NCBI RefSeq assembly: GCF_006345805.1
Contig: NC_043017.1
Span: 23,746,001 to 23,810,000 of the forward strand
Length of the DNA stretch: 64,000 nucleotides
Direction of reading: 5' to 3'
Origin: Octopus sinensis
Lineage: Eukaryota
The stretch's first letter is position 1. The number at the start of each line of letters is the position of its first letter. Below, in pieces: positions 37,153-50,871 of the stretch. The notes below the pieces were generated by a model. It saw nothing but the letters and a program-made list of their open reading frames with translations. It had not been told where the DNA came from and did not search any database. The translations under genes were made by a program, and so were the position numbers.

Positions 37153-38522
37153 GTGAGTGACAGACAACAAGCAGTTTATTTACATCCTTTTAGCTCAAAC
37201 ACACACAGAGGCATGGCTGTGTGGTAAGATCTTTGCTTCCCCACCATGTGATCTCAGGTTCAGTCCCACTGTGTGACTCCTTGTACAAGTACTTTCTACT
37301 ATACACCCAGACCAGCCAAAGCCCTGTGAGTGGATTTGGTAGATGGAAACTATATATATATATATGTATATAATGTAACTACACACATGCTGTTGGTGAT
37401 GTCTTTTCCTCCTTTGGACTTTTCCCTTTCTCCTTTCCGACAAAGAGCTATGCTTGAAACATCAAAAACTCTCTCTTTTTACCGAATATCAAACTAATAC
37501 ATTCCTTGTGCACATCGTCTTGTTGACTGCTAATTTGACTATTTATTTATTTGAATTGACTCTATGATTCAGAGCCTGGTCTCCATCTCTTTTTTTTTAC
37601 TTGTTTTAGTCTATGGAGTGAGGCCATGCTGGGGCACTGCTTTCAAGGGTTTAGTTGAACAATTGCCCCCCCCCCCTCCTTCCCAGTACTTATTTCTAAG
37701 TGTGGTGGTTATTCTACAAGTGTCTTTTACTGAACCTCTAAGTTATGGGAATGTAAACAAACCAACACCAGTTGTCCAGTACTGGGAGAGAGAGAGACAC
37801 ACACATACATACACACACACACACATGTACAATGAACTTCCACAGAGTTTCCATCTACCAAATTCACTCCCAAGGCTTTTGGTCGGCCTCGGGCTATAGT
37901 AGAAGACGCTCACCCCCAGATGCTGAGCAGTGGGACTGAACTTGAAACCACATGGTTGCAAAATGAGCTTTTTAATCACACAGCCATGTCTGCTTTTCGT
38001 AGATTTACATTTCAGGATTCTATTGGAATCTAAATTCTAACCCAAATAATTTCTATAATGTCCATCGTTTTGTTAAAATTGCAGCAAATACATTTACCAC
38101 TTGGGTAGTGAACCCCTTGGGTAGTGAACCACTTGGGTAGTCAACGAGTAGGGTAGTGAGCCACTAACTGATCAGGTGCTGTTCAAGCTCACAACATAAG
38201 CTTTGTGAAATATTTACTCCATTCACTGATTTCAGTCAATCTGTCGACAGGAAATTGATATCTGAGTTACCAAGGAGTTTTATCTGTTATCTTCATTAGA
38301 CTATTTTGCAATTCATCTCTCCAGTGGGTAATTTTATCACACATCTGTTTAACCATCCAATTTCAGATATCAGAGCAAATCAGAGAGAGAGAGCTTTTTT
38401 TTATTTAACTTTTTGCTTTTGACATTTTTACTTATTTACATTACTACATTTGTATTAAATTACAACATTTGTGGCATTATGAAAATCACTGTAGTTATCT
38501 GAAGATATAATATATAGCTTTC

Positions 38523-39170
38523 GTGTGCAGCAGATGTACAAGGGCAATTGACATCATTGATTCTCAGAAAATAGATTCCATTACACACCTGGGGGAGAAA
38601 CTAGAAGTAGTTGATAGTTTCCGCTACCTAGGTGACCAAGTTAGTAGTGGGGGTGGATGCTCAGAGAGTGTTACCACTAGAATAAGAATAGCCTGGGCAA
38701 AGTTCAGAAAGGTTCTACCCCTACTGGTGACAAAGGGTCTCTCACTCAGAGTGAAAGGTAGATTGTACGACGCATGTGTGCGAACTGCCATGCTTCACGG
38801 TAGTGAAACATGGGCTGTGACTGCAGAGGACATGCGTAGGCATGAAAGAAATGAAGCTAGCATGATCCGCTGGATGTGTAATGTCAGTGTGCATACACGA
38901 CAGAGTGTAAGTGCCCTGATAGAAATGCTGGACATAAGAAGCAATGGCTGTGGTGTGCAAGAGAGACATCTGCGCTGGTATGGTCATGTACTACGGATGG
39001 ATGAGGAGAGATGTGTGAAGAAGTGCCACTCCCAAACAGTTGAAGGAATCCAGGGTAGAGGTAGACCCAGGAAGACATGGGATGAGGTGGTCAAGCATGA
39101 CCTTCGAACGTTGGGTCTCACAGAGGCTATGCCAGCATGGAAAATGGACATTAAATGATGATGATGATGA
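38523..39170 (+). mobile_element. RTE-clade LINE, 5'-truncated (RT C-terminus and (GAT)n tail)
   Basis: 211-aa ORF with F.YLG, RIRIAWAKF, LYDACVRTAMLHGSETW, LRWYGHV.RM, RGRPRKTW; ends in GATGATGAT. Confidence 0.93.
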
Positions 39171-40832
39171 TATATATTTCATGTTACATTAAGAAGTGTT
39201 GCATGGTGCCAGAATTTTTGACTTGAATGAAAATATATCAAACTGTCTGCATAAGTGGAACCTGGATCAGCTAGCTTGTAGTGGCATCAAGTCATTTTAG
39301 TTGCAATAATGAAGTCAAACCAAATAGTGATATTTTGAAATCATTTAATACATACATTTCAGGTTTGTGTAATAGCATAATAGGAGATGCATCCATTACG
39401 TAAACCTTCATCAGTTATACGTCACAATATAAGGATTCAAGTAATCTGGCAGTACTCATAAAAAGCTCTTTAATGTATCACTCTATAAAACAGAATATAT
39501 AATACAATACATTTTCATTTTGCATTGATGCAGGCATGTAAGTAATTTATTTGTTATTAGATATAATACTATAAATTATTTATGTGTTTTTAAGTTACGA
39601 AACAATTGGTCATAATATTAGAATTTTCTTATTGTTAAATAAAATTCCATCAAACTATTTCTCTACCATTTATAACTTTAAACACACATACGCACACCTC
39701 TGTATCTGTGCATATACTTCTAAATGCTTATTTGATGATTTATTTCTATTTTATTTTCATGTGAATCTTTTCCTTCAAAGGTTTCCAGTTTTGTTACTCG
39801 TTTCTTTTATTGGAAAACCAAAGGTAAAAACTGCACCACCCTGGTCTGCTTACAGTAACCCTAACCTTCTTCACTTGGGCTCCTTCCACACATCAAACAA
39901 ACAGTTTTTACAAGCTGTTTCAATAAAAACCTTGCAGGAAGATATATTTCTTCAACCTTCTTATACGATTATAACCCTAATCTTCTTCACTAGTGCTCCT
40001 TCACATAACAAACAAATAAGTTGTTGCAATGAATTTCTTATAGAAAATGTATTTCCATGGCCATTTTATATGATTATAAATCCTTCAATCACAACTTCTA
40101 AATATGTACGTCACCATTTCACTATCTTAAAGCTGTCTAGCTGCTTCCTTTTAAGCTTACCACTATTCTAATTCTGATAAGGCTTTCAGTGTTTTAGAAT
40201 GCACTTGAGTCTGCACATGCCATATTGCAATTCCTAAAGGAGCAACACTACACTACACTACACACACACACACACACACACACCTATATTACAAGCTATT
40301 GACCAGTGTCAGTGTCCAATGAGACAGAAACACATCTAACATTCTCACCATTCTGCTTCCAATATATGTTGTTGTTTTTAAGCACAGCATATCCATAAGG
40401 GGTATTATCTCAGGATAAATACTGCAGTAAGTTTGCCTTTTGTGATGTATTTATATTTATATATGTCCAGCACAGACAACGAGTGTTAAGTGATGATAAT
40501 GCTGATATTAGAAACCATGTAGGAACCATGTCAAATGAAACTGGAACATTGTTTATTTTTAGAATGGCATTGCAAGGTAGATGTGAGAGGCCAGCTACGG
40601 TCAGTTTGAACAGTAAACAGGTAGAATATTTGGGCCAGTTTTGGCCGGTTTAAATGCTAAAGGGTTGACCAATTGACTCCACACATGATGCCTGTTACTC
40701 CATATAGGTCACCAGATATGGTCTTATATCTCATCCTCCTCATTTTATGTTGACAGTTCAAACATTTTACAATACTTAAAGAATGTCTCTCTTTGGATAA
40801 TTTTATTCATTGTGTTTTGCACAACATATAGT

Positions 40833-41246
40833 GGATCTTTTTGGTTTGAACGGCAGTTTTTTCTAGCGGTGTCATATGAAATTGTCACCCATAATTATGA
40901 CCCTAGTATCGATCTATTGCATTTCAATCTATTTTAGGGTTAGGGTTAGGAGTGGGGGGAAGGGTATATTTTTTCTTCACAAATGTAAATAAACCAAATC
41001 TGTTTCTTAAACGAGGGACATATTCATACGGCACAAAATGTGTTCACCTCAATAGATGTCATTGATTGATAGAAATTTCAGAAATTGAAGAAAAAAACAA
41101 CAAATATCTTACAAACTATAGAATTTTCTCAATAAAGCCAAGAGAAAAAGATGTTTTATAAACACGTTCTACCAGTATACGAAGTTTAAAAGTTTTTAGT
41201 TACCTAGAAATTATGTTAAAAACTGCCGTTCAAACCGAAAAGATCC
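40833..41246 (+). mobile_element. MITE, TIR GGATCTTTT.GGTTTGAACGGCAGTTTTT, 8-bp TSD (7/8 match)
   Basis: TIRs at both ends; flanks CATATAGT / CATATAGC. Confidence 0.88.
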
Positions 41247-41647
41247 CATATAGCATTGTTTCATATATTATGTAATAGTCAGGTGCCTGGCTTAGTGGTT
41301 AGGGATATTTGGTTCACAATGGTAAGGTTGTGAGTTCAATTTCTGGCAGTGTATTGTGCCCTTGAACATGACAATTTATTTCTTTTGCATTCCTTCAGTC
41401 CACTCAGCTAGCAAAAATGAGTTGTACCTGTAATTCAAAGGGACAGTCTTGTCACATTCTGTGGAATACTCAGCCACTTACATGTTTATTTCATGAGCAG
41501 GTTGTTTCATTAATCCGATCACTTGGAGAAACCCTCGTCATCATAACCAGCCGAGTGTCAGTTTTATGTATGTGTGTATTAATGTATTGTGTTATATTGT
41601 ATGTTGTGTTTTAGGACATTTACAATTAGAAGCTTCAGTGTAATTAA

Positions 41648-41868
41648 CCCTTTCGTTACCAACCTGGCTGAAACCGGCTCTGGTTTTGTAGTACAAATGT
41701 CTCGTTTTCGTAAGTTTTGAATTAAAACCTTCCACCAAGCCTTAGTCACAATCTATGTTCCTAACACTAGCTTAATGATAACTAAGTTATTTTACTAAAG
41801 TCTTTGTTATATTTAAAGTAATTGAAACAAACACAGAGCATCTCAAAATAAATACGATAACAAAAGGG
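41648..41868. mobile_element. piggyBac-type MITE family 2
   Basis: TTAA|CCCTTTCGTTAC...AAAAGGG|TTAA. Confidence 0.82.
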
Positions 41869-42411
41869 TTAATGTTGGGTAGTCTTTTGGTTTCTCATAT
41901 CTGAGCACTATTCCTATTTTAGTGCATTATTGCAGTTTTTTCTCCTGATTTCATAATGCAGACATTGAAATCTCTCCCTCTCTCTCTTTCCAGTACTCTC
42001 CTCCTTCTCTCATTTCTACCCTCTCCGTCTTCCTCAACTCCTTCCTCTCTTTGTTATGTACCCTTTTCTCTCCTCTATACGTCTTTCTCTTTCTCCCTTG
42101 CTTTGCTCCTTTCTTTTCTCTCCCCAGCTCTCTCTCCCTCCCTTCCCCTGCAATGCTCCACACTCTTTTCCTTTTTCTCCAACATCCCTACTCCAACCCT
42201 CTCTTCCTGTCTTCTACATTCTTTTTCTTTGCCTCTCCCCTACACCTCCTCCCTATCTCTGTCTCTTTTTCTCACACCCTTTTGCTGTAACCCACATGCA
42301 TCCTCTCTCTCTCTCTCTTGCTTCCTTCCTCCTCTTCATTCTCTCTCTCCCTCCTTCTCTCTATAATATTTTCTCCTTATTTTAATGGCTTTTATTCTTC
42401 TTCAATCTCAG

Positions 42412-42510
42412 GTGAAAAAAGTCAGAGATGATGAGCAGTATCCATTTCTATTTCCTAAAATTATTCCCAACCTGAGCAATCCTGCCACTGCTGGCAAACT
42501 GAAGATTCAG
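42412..42510 (+). CDS. PLD1: PLD exon (VKKVRDDEQYPFLFPK...KIQ)
   Basis: ctcag|GTG...CAG|gtaagt; 99 nt; YPFLxPK. Confidence 0.94.
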
Positions 42511-43237
42511 GTAAGTTGTACTCTCTGGAGAGCCTCTTCCATCATATCTTTCATCTTCTCTTTCCTTCTCTCTGTCTTTCTGTGTGTGTGCGTCTTTTAT
42601 CTTTTACTTGTTTCAATCATTAGACTGTGGCCATACTGGGGCACTGCCTTGAAGAATTTTAGTTGAACAAATTGACCCCAGTACTTAATTTGATTTTGAG
42701 TCTAGTACTTTATCAGTTTCTTTTAACGAACCACTAAGTTACAGGGATATAAACACACTAACACTAGTCTAGAAGTGATGTGGAACAAACACAAAGGCAC
42801 ACACACACACATATATATATATCATCATCATCATCGTTTATATATTTATATATATATATGACAGGCTTCCTTCAATTTCCATCTACCAAATCCATTCACA
42901 AAGCTTTGGTCAACCCAAGACTATAATAAAAGACATTTGCCAAGACATTTGCCAAGGGTTGAGAAGCAAGCGTCTTACTACCCCACTTTACTTCCATCCC
43001 TTCAGTGAACTGAAGTATTTGGTAGATATGATTAAGGTACCTGGGTGTGCCTCTGGGTTTCGTCAGAGGGTTTAGAATGTTCATAAATGCTAAGTACTTA
43101 GGGTAGATTTTTCAACTGAAACATTTTGAGACAGTGCTCCGGTATGGTCTCATTCCAATGACTTAAGCCAGTAGAAGATAAAAGGTAAGTTAATGTAGTC
43201 ATTAATATAGAACTTTTTTATTGTCAAACCAAGGAAT

Positions 43238-43637
43238 GGATCTTTTCTGTTTGAACGGCAGTTTTTAACATAATTTCTAGGTAACTAAAAAATTTTAACT
43301 TCGTATACTGGTAGAATGTGTTTATAAAACATATTTTTCTCTTGGCTTTATTGAGAAAATTCTATAGTTTGTAAGATATTTGTTGGTTTTTTTCTGCAAT
43401 TTCAACCAATCAGTGACGTCTATTGAGTTAAAAAGCATTCTGTGCCGTATAAATATGTCCCTCGTTTAAGAAACAGATTGGGTTTATTTACATTTGTGAA
43501 GAAAAAAAGATACCCTTCCCTCACCTCTAACCCTAAAAGAGATTGAAATGCAATAGATCGATTCTAGGGTCATAATTATGGGTGACAGTTTCATATGACA
43601 CCGCTAGAAAAAACTGCCGTTCAAACCGAAAAGATCC
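43238..43637 (-). mobile_element. Second copy of the same MITE in opposite orientation, perfect 8-bp TSD
   Basis: Internal sequence is the reverse complement of 40833-41246; CAAGGAAT on both flanks. Confidence 0.9.
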
Positions 43638-44130
43638 CAAGGAATTAATCTGTTCGGCAAAATGTAATTCTTTCACCAAACAGGTAGATGTACATGAAAT
43701 CAGTTAATCTTATGAACAACAGACAATTATAGTTTCAATTTTTTACCGTTCGAAATCGAGGAAAATGTCGTTAGAAATTTAGTGCAGTATCAGTTACTTC
43801 CCTTGAAACAATTCTTTAGCGCTGTACGAGTTAATTCCCTTGACAACTAATTTAGTTAAATCTTCAGATCTGTTACAGACGTTATTGGCCTGTTTTGTAA
43901 GAAAACTCACATTTGGTGATTATTGAAACCAAATAAATGAATGTTTCATTCATTTGAAGGTGAAGAAGGAGCAAAAATATTTGAGTTCATTGTTGGTTGT
44001 AATAACATTGAAATATATAGTTGCGACCGTGTTTAAAAGTAAAACAACACGATATATTCTGTTGTCTAAAATATATAAATACTTTGTGATCTAACGTCAG
44101 ATCGGTCTTGAAGCAGATCTGTTCGAGACT

Positions 44131-44169
<39 letters not shown>

Positions 44170-45528
44170 ATCATCATCATCATCATCATCATCATTTAAC
44201 ATCCGTTTTCTATGCTGGCATGGATCAGACTGTTTGAGAGTTGCACCAGGTTGCAGTTGTCTGTTTCAACATGGATTCTACAGCTAATAGCAACCACTTT
44301 ACAGGATGTACCAAGTGCTTTTTATGTGGCACTAGCTTTTATCTGGGGCAGCAAACTGGCAGAATTGGTCGAGCATCAGACAAAATGCTTAGTGGCCTTT
44401 CTGCCAGCTCTTTCCATTCTGAGTTAAAATTCCATGAAGACCAACTTTACCATCTTTTCACAGCCAATAAAATAAGGTATCATTTGAACACTGGGCTCAA
44501 TGTAATCGATTAATCCCCAACTCACTAAAATTGCTGACGCTGTACCAAAATTTGAACCTATTATGGTTGAGGTAGACTCAGGAAGACATAGCACAAGGTG
44601 GTGAAACATGATCTTCCAATTTAGGGCCTCAGAGAGGCAATAACTAGTGGCCAAGACCTTTGACAGTATGCTGTGCTTGGGAAGACCTGTCAAGCCAAGT
44701 GAAATCATAGTTGTGGCTGATGCTGATGTCACGTAACTGGCACTAATGCTGGTGGCACATAAAAATCACCTTTCAGGTATTGGGCTTCACAGAGGCAAAG
44801 TGGCTGATGCCAGTGGCACATGAAAAGCTCTTTTCGAGTGTTGGGCCTCATAGAGGCAATGACAAATGACAGACCTTTGGCATCATGTCATGCTTGAGAA
44901 GAAAACTCATCAAGCCAAGTAAAATCACATTTGTGGAAGACACTGGTGGCACATAAAAGCACCCATTACAGTCTTGGAGTAGTTGGCATTAGGAAAGGCA
45001 TCCAGCTGTAGAAACCATACCAAATCAGACTGGAGTGTGGTGCAGCCTTCCAGCTTACCAGCCCCTGTCAAACCGTCCGACCCATGTCTGCATGGACAAT
45101 GGACATTAAATGATGAAATGATGATGATTTCAGCTTATTGTCCTTATTTCTGCTTATTATTCTTATTTTTTATGTCCTTTGTCTGGAAATCTTTCATCAC
45201 ACATCCTGTGACCTTTTCAGTGACTCCATCCCACATGTCTCTTCCAGTTCAGACAGAATGGACTAAACAGAAGAGGAGGGGACACATGAGATGGAGAGTC
45301 ACTGAAGAGGCCACAGGGTGTGTGAAAAATGATTTCAGACAAAGGACACTAAAGTGAGAATAATAAAGCTGAATTGAAGAACGTGTATATAGGGCATGTG
45401 GTTATTTGACAAAAAAAAACACCATCCTGAAATTTTGTTTCAACATGCAATTTCCCATCATGAATCTTGCAAAACAAATACATAAATGTAAGAATATTTT
45501 GTTGTTATTTGTTTGTTTTTTTATTCAG

Positions 45529-45639
45529 ATTTTACGTAGTGTCGGACAGTGGTCAGCTGGTAACGTGAAGTGTGAAAACTCTATACAACAAGCTTACGTC
45601 AAAAGTATCAAGAATGCAAAGCACTTCATTTACATTGAG
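45529..45639 (+). CDS. PLD1: PLD exon (ILRSVGQWSAG...AKHFIYIE)
   Basis: ttcag|ATT...GAG|gtgagt; 111 nt. Confidence 0.97.
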
Positions 45640-46807
45640 GTGAGTTTGATATTTCAGCTACAATCTCTACAGTGTATGTGTGTGCGTGCGTACGTGTGTG
45701 TGTGTATGTGTGTGTGTGATCTTGTAGTGGTTGGAAGCAGAATGACTCAGTTGGAAGATTAATTATAAAAGTAAATACAGGGTCCACCAAAAACAAAAGA
45801 TGTATACAGACTTCAGGAAAGGAAAAAATCTGTATGATTATTTTAATTCAGTGTTATCAAAATTTGATGAAACATCATAAGAGGTATTTATATTTATAAG
45901 GGTACTTATACAAGTTTAAATATCTCTACAGATTTTGCCTTTCCTGTAGTGTGTATACAATTTTTTGGCAGACCCTGTATATCAGTATATCGTGAGGAGA
46001 AAAGATACTGTTTTAGACAATTCTTTTAACTTTAATCATTCAGTGACCCCCTCTTGCCCCACATCATCCAACATTTTAGACATTTTTATCTGACAGTAAA
46101 TATATTTGGTGTATTCAGACGGTGAGCTGGCAGAATTGTTAACATGCCAGGCAAAATGCTTAGCAGCATTTCGTCTGTCATTGCTTTCTGAGTTCAAATT
46201 CTGCCAAGGTTGACTTGGTGTTATATCATTTTTGGGGTCGATGAAATAAGAACCAGTTGAGCACTGGGGTCAATTTAATCAACTGGCCCCAAAAATTCCA
46301 GGCCTTGTGCCAATAGTAGAAAGGATTATTATTACCCACATTGCTGACCAAGATGTTTAGCAGCATTTCATCCATCTTGATGTTCTGAGTTCAAATTCTG
46401 CTGAATTCAACTTTGCCTTTCATCCTTTCACGGTTGATAAAATAAGTACCAGTTGAATACTGGGGGGGGGGGCAGTCTAATCCACTTACCCCTCCCTTCA
46501 AAACTTCTGGCCTTGTGCCAAAACTTGAAACTATTATTATTATTATTGTCCACATTAAAGTAGCAAACTGGTAGAATTGTTTGTGTGTTGGACAAAATGT
46601 TTAGCAGCATTCCTTCTGACCCTTTATGTTCTGAGTTCAAATCCCACTGAGGCCAGCCTTTCAGGGTCAATAAAATAAAGTACCAGTCAAGTACTGAGGT
46701 CAATGTAATCAAGTTACTCCCCGCCCCCCCCCCTCAAAACTTCTAGCCTTGTGCCAAAACTAGAATTATTAATAGCCACTTTGGCATTTTCTTGTTTTTA
46801 ATTCCAG

Positions 46808-46899
46808 AACCAGTTCTTTATATCCAAAGTTGCCACTGACAATATTGTGTTAAACAAAATTAACAAAGCCTTATTTGAACGGATTCTTAAGGCCCACAG
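46808..46899 (+). CDS. PLD1: PLD exon (NQFFIS...LFERILKAH)
   Basis: ccag|AAC...AG|gtaaaa; 92 nt; completes IYIENQFF. Confidence 0.96.
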
Positions 46900-47890
46900 G
46901 TAAAATCTTATTCTCTTTTATCCCTTCAATCTACAAGTATGCTTTGGCAAGTACGATTTCATTTGACTGGACCCCTGGAAGACCCAGAAATGGATGACCA
47001 CATAGTTCTTCAGTTTACAGCTGAAAATCAATGGGGTTTCTACCAACTCATGTGTTCATCATCATCATTTAGTGTCCGCTTTCCATGCTAGCATAGGTTG
47101 GACGGTTCAACTGAGGTCTGGGAAGCCAGAAGGCTGCACCAGGCCCAGTCTGATCTGGCAATGTTTCTACGGCTGGATGCCCTTCCTAACGCCAACCACT
47201 CCGTGAGTGTAGTGGGTGCTTTTTACATGCCACCGGCACAGGTGCCAGGCGAGGCTGGCAAACGGCCACGGTCGGATGGTGTTTTTTATGTGCCACTGGC
47301 ACAAGGGCCAGGCGAGGCTGGCAACAGCCACGATCGGATGGTGCTCTTTACGTGCTACCGGCACAGAGGCCTGTCGGGGTGGCGCTGGCAACGGCCACGT
47401 TCAGATGGTTCACTGTAAACACAAAAACCAAATGACTGCTTATTTTTTTTTTTGTGTCTTCCAGTTTTATAATGAAATGAAATCTTACCCACCAAAACAT
47501 TTTTGTGGTTTCATAGGATCAATATTTTTGCATGGTTCATTAGGATATCAAATAACAGTGGCTTAGCCAGGGAAGGCTGAAATCAAGTGATTTGGTAGGT
47601 TTGATGGTGGCAAGGTCATGTGATTTATCTCCCACTAACGATGTAAACAAGAGTGCTTATATGCACCACAACTCTATGGGAGAGGTTCTCTCAAGTTGAC
47701 TATTGCAGTATTTTGTGTTCTAACACAACATCCACTTTTAAGCAGGGATAAATACCTTTTGGTATTAATACTGCTCCTGTTTGTTATTAGGAGTGGAGTG
47801 GCTGTGTGATAAGTAGCTTGCTTACCAACCACATGGTTCCAGGTTCAATCCCACTGCGTGGAATTCTTCACTATACTATACTTCTTCATT

Positions 47891-47942
<52 letters not shown>

Positions 47943-48599
47943 CTGTGTTTGTCCAACCAACATTGCTTGACAACCAATGCTGGTGTGTTTACGTCCCTGT
48001 AACTTAGTGGTTCGGCAAAAGAGACGGATAAGAATAAGTACTAGGCTTGTAATGAATAAGTCCTGGGGTTGATTTGCTCGACTAAATGCGGTGCTCCAGC
48101 ATGGCCGCAGTCAAATGACTGAAACAAGTAAAAGAGTAAAAGAATCTTTTGTTCTCTCTATGAACAGCCCTACTGACTCGTTTCCAGCCTTCAAAGAACT
48201 CAATATCCTTGCTATGCTACAATCTTAGTGACACCAAAATTATTTATCTCAGAATCACAAATCATTGACTATCATTATAAAAGCCATTTTATTTCCTGTT
48301 GGGATTATTTGGACACGGATTCCTGTGCAGCAGACTTTCATTCTAACAGCATCCAAACAATCAGATTCTCAGATTTTTTTTGTCAGGTCAGATTCCAATT
48401 TGTAAATCAGAAGAAGCATTATGGTTTTTTGTTTCATGGTTAATGTTGGTCACATCATAAGAATTTACAAACTTCAAGAGGATATGAAATAAATCTGTTT
48501 TTTTTTTGGAACTGGATCTTGAAGCATTTATAAAACCTTAATTAACAGCATGTAAATATTGTGTTGGGTGTTTCTTTAATTTTTTTTCTCTCTTTCTCC

Positions 48600-48950
48600 A
48601 CACACACTCACAGGCACTCACACACACACATACACAAACACATGCACCCACTCACACACATACACACACTTGCACACACACTCACAGGCACTCACACACA
48701 CACATACACAAACACATGCACCCACTCACACATACACACACTTGCACACACATTCACATGCACTCACACACACACATACACAAACACATGCACCCACTCA
48801 CACATATACACACACTTGCACACACATTCACATGCACTCACACACATATACACACACATGCACACACACATATACACACACACACATGCATACATACATA
48901 TACACACACATACATATTTACATCCACATGCACACACACACTCATATATG
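48600..48950. repeat. CA-rich higher-order tandem repeat abutting an exon acceptor
   Basis: ~70-bp unit repeated about 3 times, then (CA)n. Confidence 0.85.
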
Positions 48951-48968
48951 TTTCATATGTATTTTCAG

Positions 48969-49135
48969 GAAGAAGGAAACTTTCCGTGTGTATATAGTTA
49001 TGCCATTGCTGCCTGCCTTTGAAGGGGAGATTGGGACCAAGAAAGGGACTGCAATCCAAGCCATTACACACTGGAACTATGCTTCTATCTGCAGAGGGAA
49101 CGAGTCACTTCTAACGCGACTCAAACAAGAGGGAG
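48969..49135 (+). CDS. PLD1: PLD exon (FRVYIVMPLLPAFEGEIG...HWNYASICRG)
   Basis: ttcag|G...G|gtttgt; 167 nt. Confidence 0.97.
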
Positions 49136-50187
49136 GTTTGTACAAAGTTTTGTTTGGGAGGCAAAGTAAGGCAGACTGTGTCCTGTTTTGAACTTGGAAC
49201 GTAAAGACAAACAAAATGTCGCTAAGCATCTTACTTGGCATGCTAACGACTCTGCCAGCTAATACCTTAATAATCATAATAATGCTTTCCAATTTTGGCA
49301 CAAGGCCAGCAATTTTAGGTGAGGGGTGGGTAGATTTTATCAACCCCAGTGCTCAACTGGTACCCAGTTTATCAACCCTGAAATGATGAAATGCAAAGTC
49401 AACCTCGGCAGAATTTGATCTCAGAATGTAAAGACAGAAGAAATCCTGCTAAGCATTTTGTTTGACGCACTAAACATTCTGCCACCTTGTTGCCTTGATA
49501 ATGAGAATAATAATAATAATCCTTCTGTTATAAGCACAAGGTCTGATATTTTGGGGGAAGGGGTTAGTCAGCCCAGTACTTGATTGGTATTTATTTCATT
49601 GACCCTGAAAGGATGAAAGGCAAAGTCAACCTTGGTGGAATTTGAACTCAGAACATACACATGGACGAAATGCCACTAAGCATTGTGCCCAGTGTGCTAG
49701 TGATTCTGCCAGCTCTCTACCTTAATAATAATAATAATAATAATGATGATGATGATAATAAGGATGGACTCTCCTCTTGAAGACGATGTATGAGCATTCA
49801 GCTTTTTTACTGAATAACCTTGACAAATGATTTGTTTTTAGTGATCAAATGTGTGTGCTGCACATTAGCTAACTCTCTCTCCATCAAATCGATGTTGTCT
49901 GCACAGGCAGGTGCACCGTGTAACATGCATCAGGCGTCGAAGTGATTGCAGAGCAACGGGAGATAAAGTGTTTTGCTCAACAATGCAATGCACTGCTCGG
50001 TCTAGGCATTGAAACTATGACCTAGTGATCATGAGTGCAACACCCTAACCACTAGGCCATGCATTTTCACAATAATAACAATACTACTAATAATAATAAT
50101 TCCTTACATTTACTGGGTAATTGATTGAATCAACCCCCTGTATATTACTGGTACTTAATTATTTTTTTCTTCTTATCTCTTTCCTAG

Positions 50188-50255
50188 TGACAGATCCATT
50201 TAACTATGTGACCTTCTATGGTCTACGGAATCATGGAGAACTTTTAGAAAAACTT
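50188..50255 (+). CDS. PLD1: PLD exon (VTDPFNYVTFYGLRNHGELLEKL)
   Basis: cctag|TG...CTT|gtaagt; 68 nt; YxxFxGLR. Confidence 0.95.
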
Positions 50256-50564
50256 GTAAGTGGTAATTGTTGTTGTTAATGTTTACTCATAAAGTATTGA
50301 GTAATGTTGTTGTTGTTGTTGTTTGCTTCAGATTGGTTGTTTCAACAAACCTACCATTCTGTATTTTCTTGTATTTCCAATATGTTCTTCCCTTTTTGAA
50401 GACCTTTCGGTTTGATTCAAGTGAGGTTTGACTGCTATTTCTTGCCAATTAACTAACTATATAGTGGCTCCCTTTGCTCATACACAGAACATGTTGTTGT
50501 AGCCAGTAGGGACAACACCTCACCCAGTAATTCTATGGGGACAGGCATCTCATATGGCCAGCAA

Positions 50565-50871
50565 TCTTTATATATAAAATTGAAGTGGTGTGTGTGAGAC
50601 TCTGTCTCCTCCGATTTAGATTCCTAACTACTCCCACATTTTGTGGTGCAGTTTAACCAAAAGCGGGTATCTTATAGTCGTCATTCATATCGAGCCCTTC
50701 TGGGTATTAACGCACGTCTACGATGAGTCTACGATTTAAAAAAAAATTTACCATCATTTTTCCGCATTTTTAATGATTTCTGCTTAGGTTATATAAGGGA
50801 AGTAACTCTCTAAAAATGCTTATATAATTATTTCCCTTACAAACCCGAGCAACGCCAGGCAATACTGCTAG
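50565..50871 (+). mobile_element. Non-autonomous Helitron
   Basis: A|TCTTTATATATAAAA 5' end; subterminal hairpin CCCGAGCAACGCCAGG; CTAG|T 3' end; no TSD. Confidence 0.75.

Noticed and set aside
39584-40171. 195-aa ORF containing a ~45-bp direct repeat
   Set aside because: No recognisable domain, no matching splice sites or phase need in PLD; likely decayed repeat.
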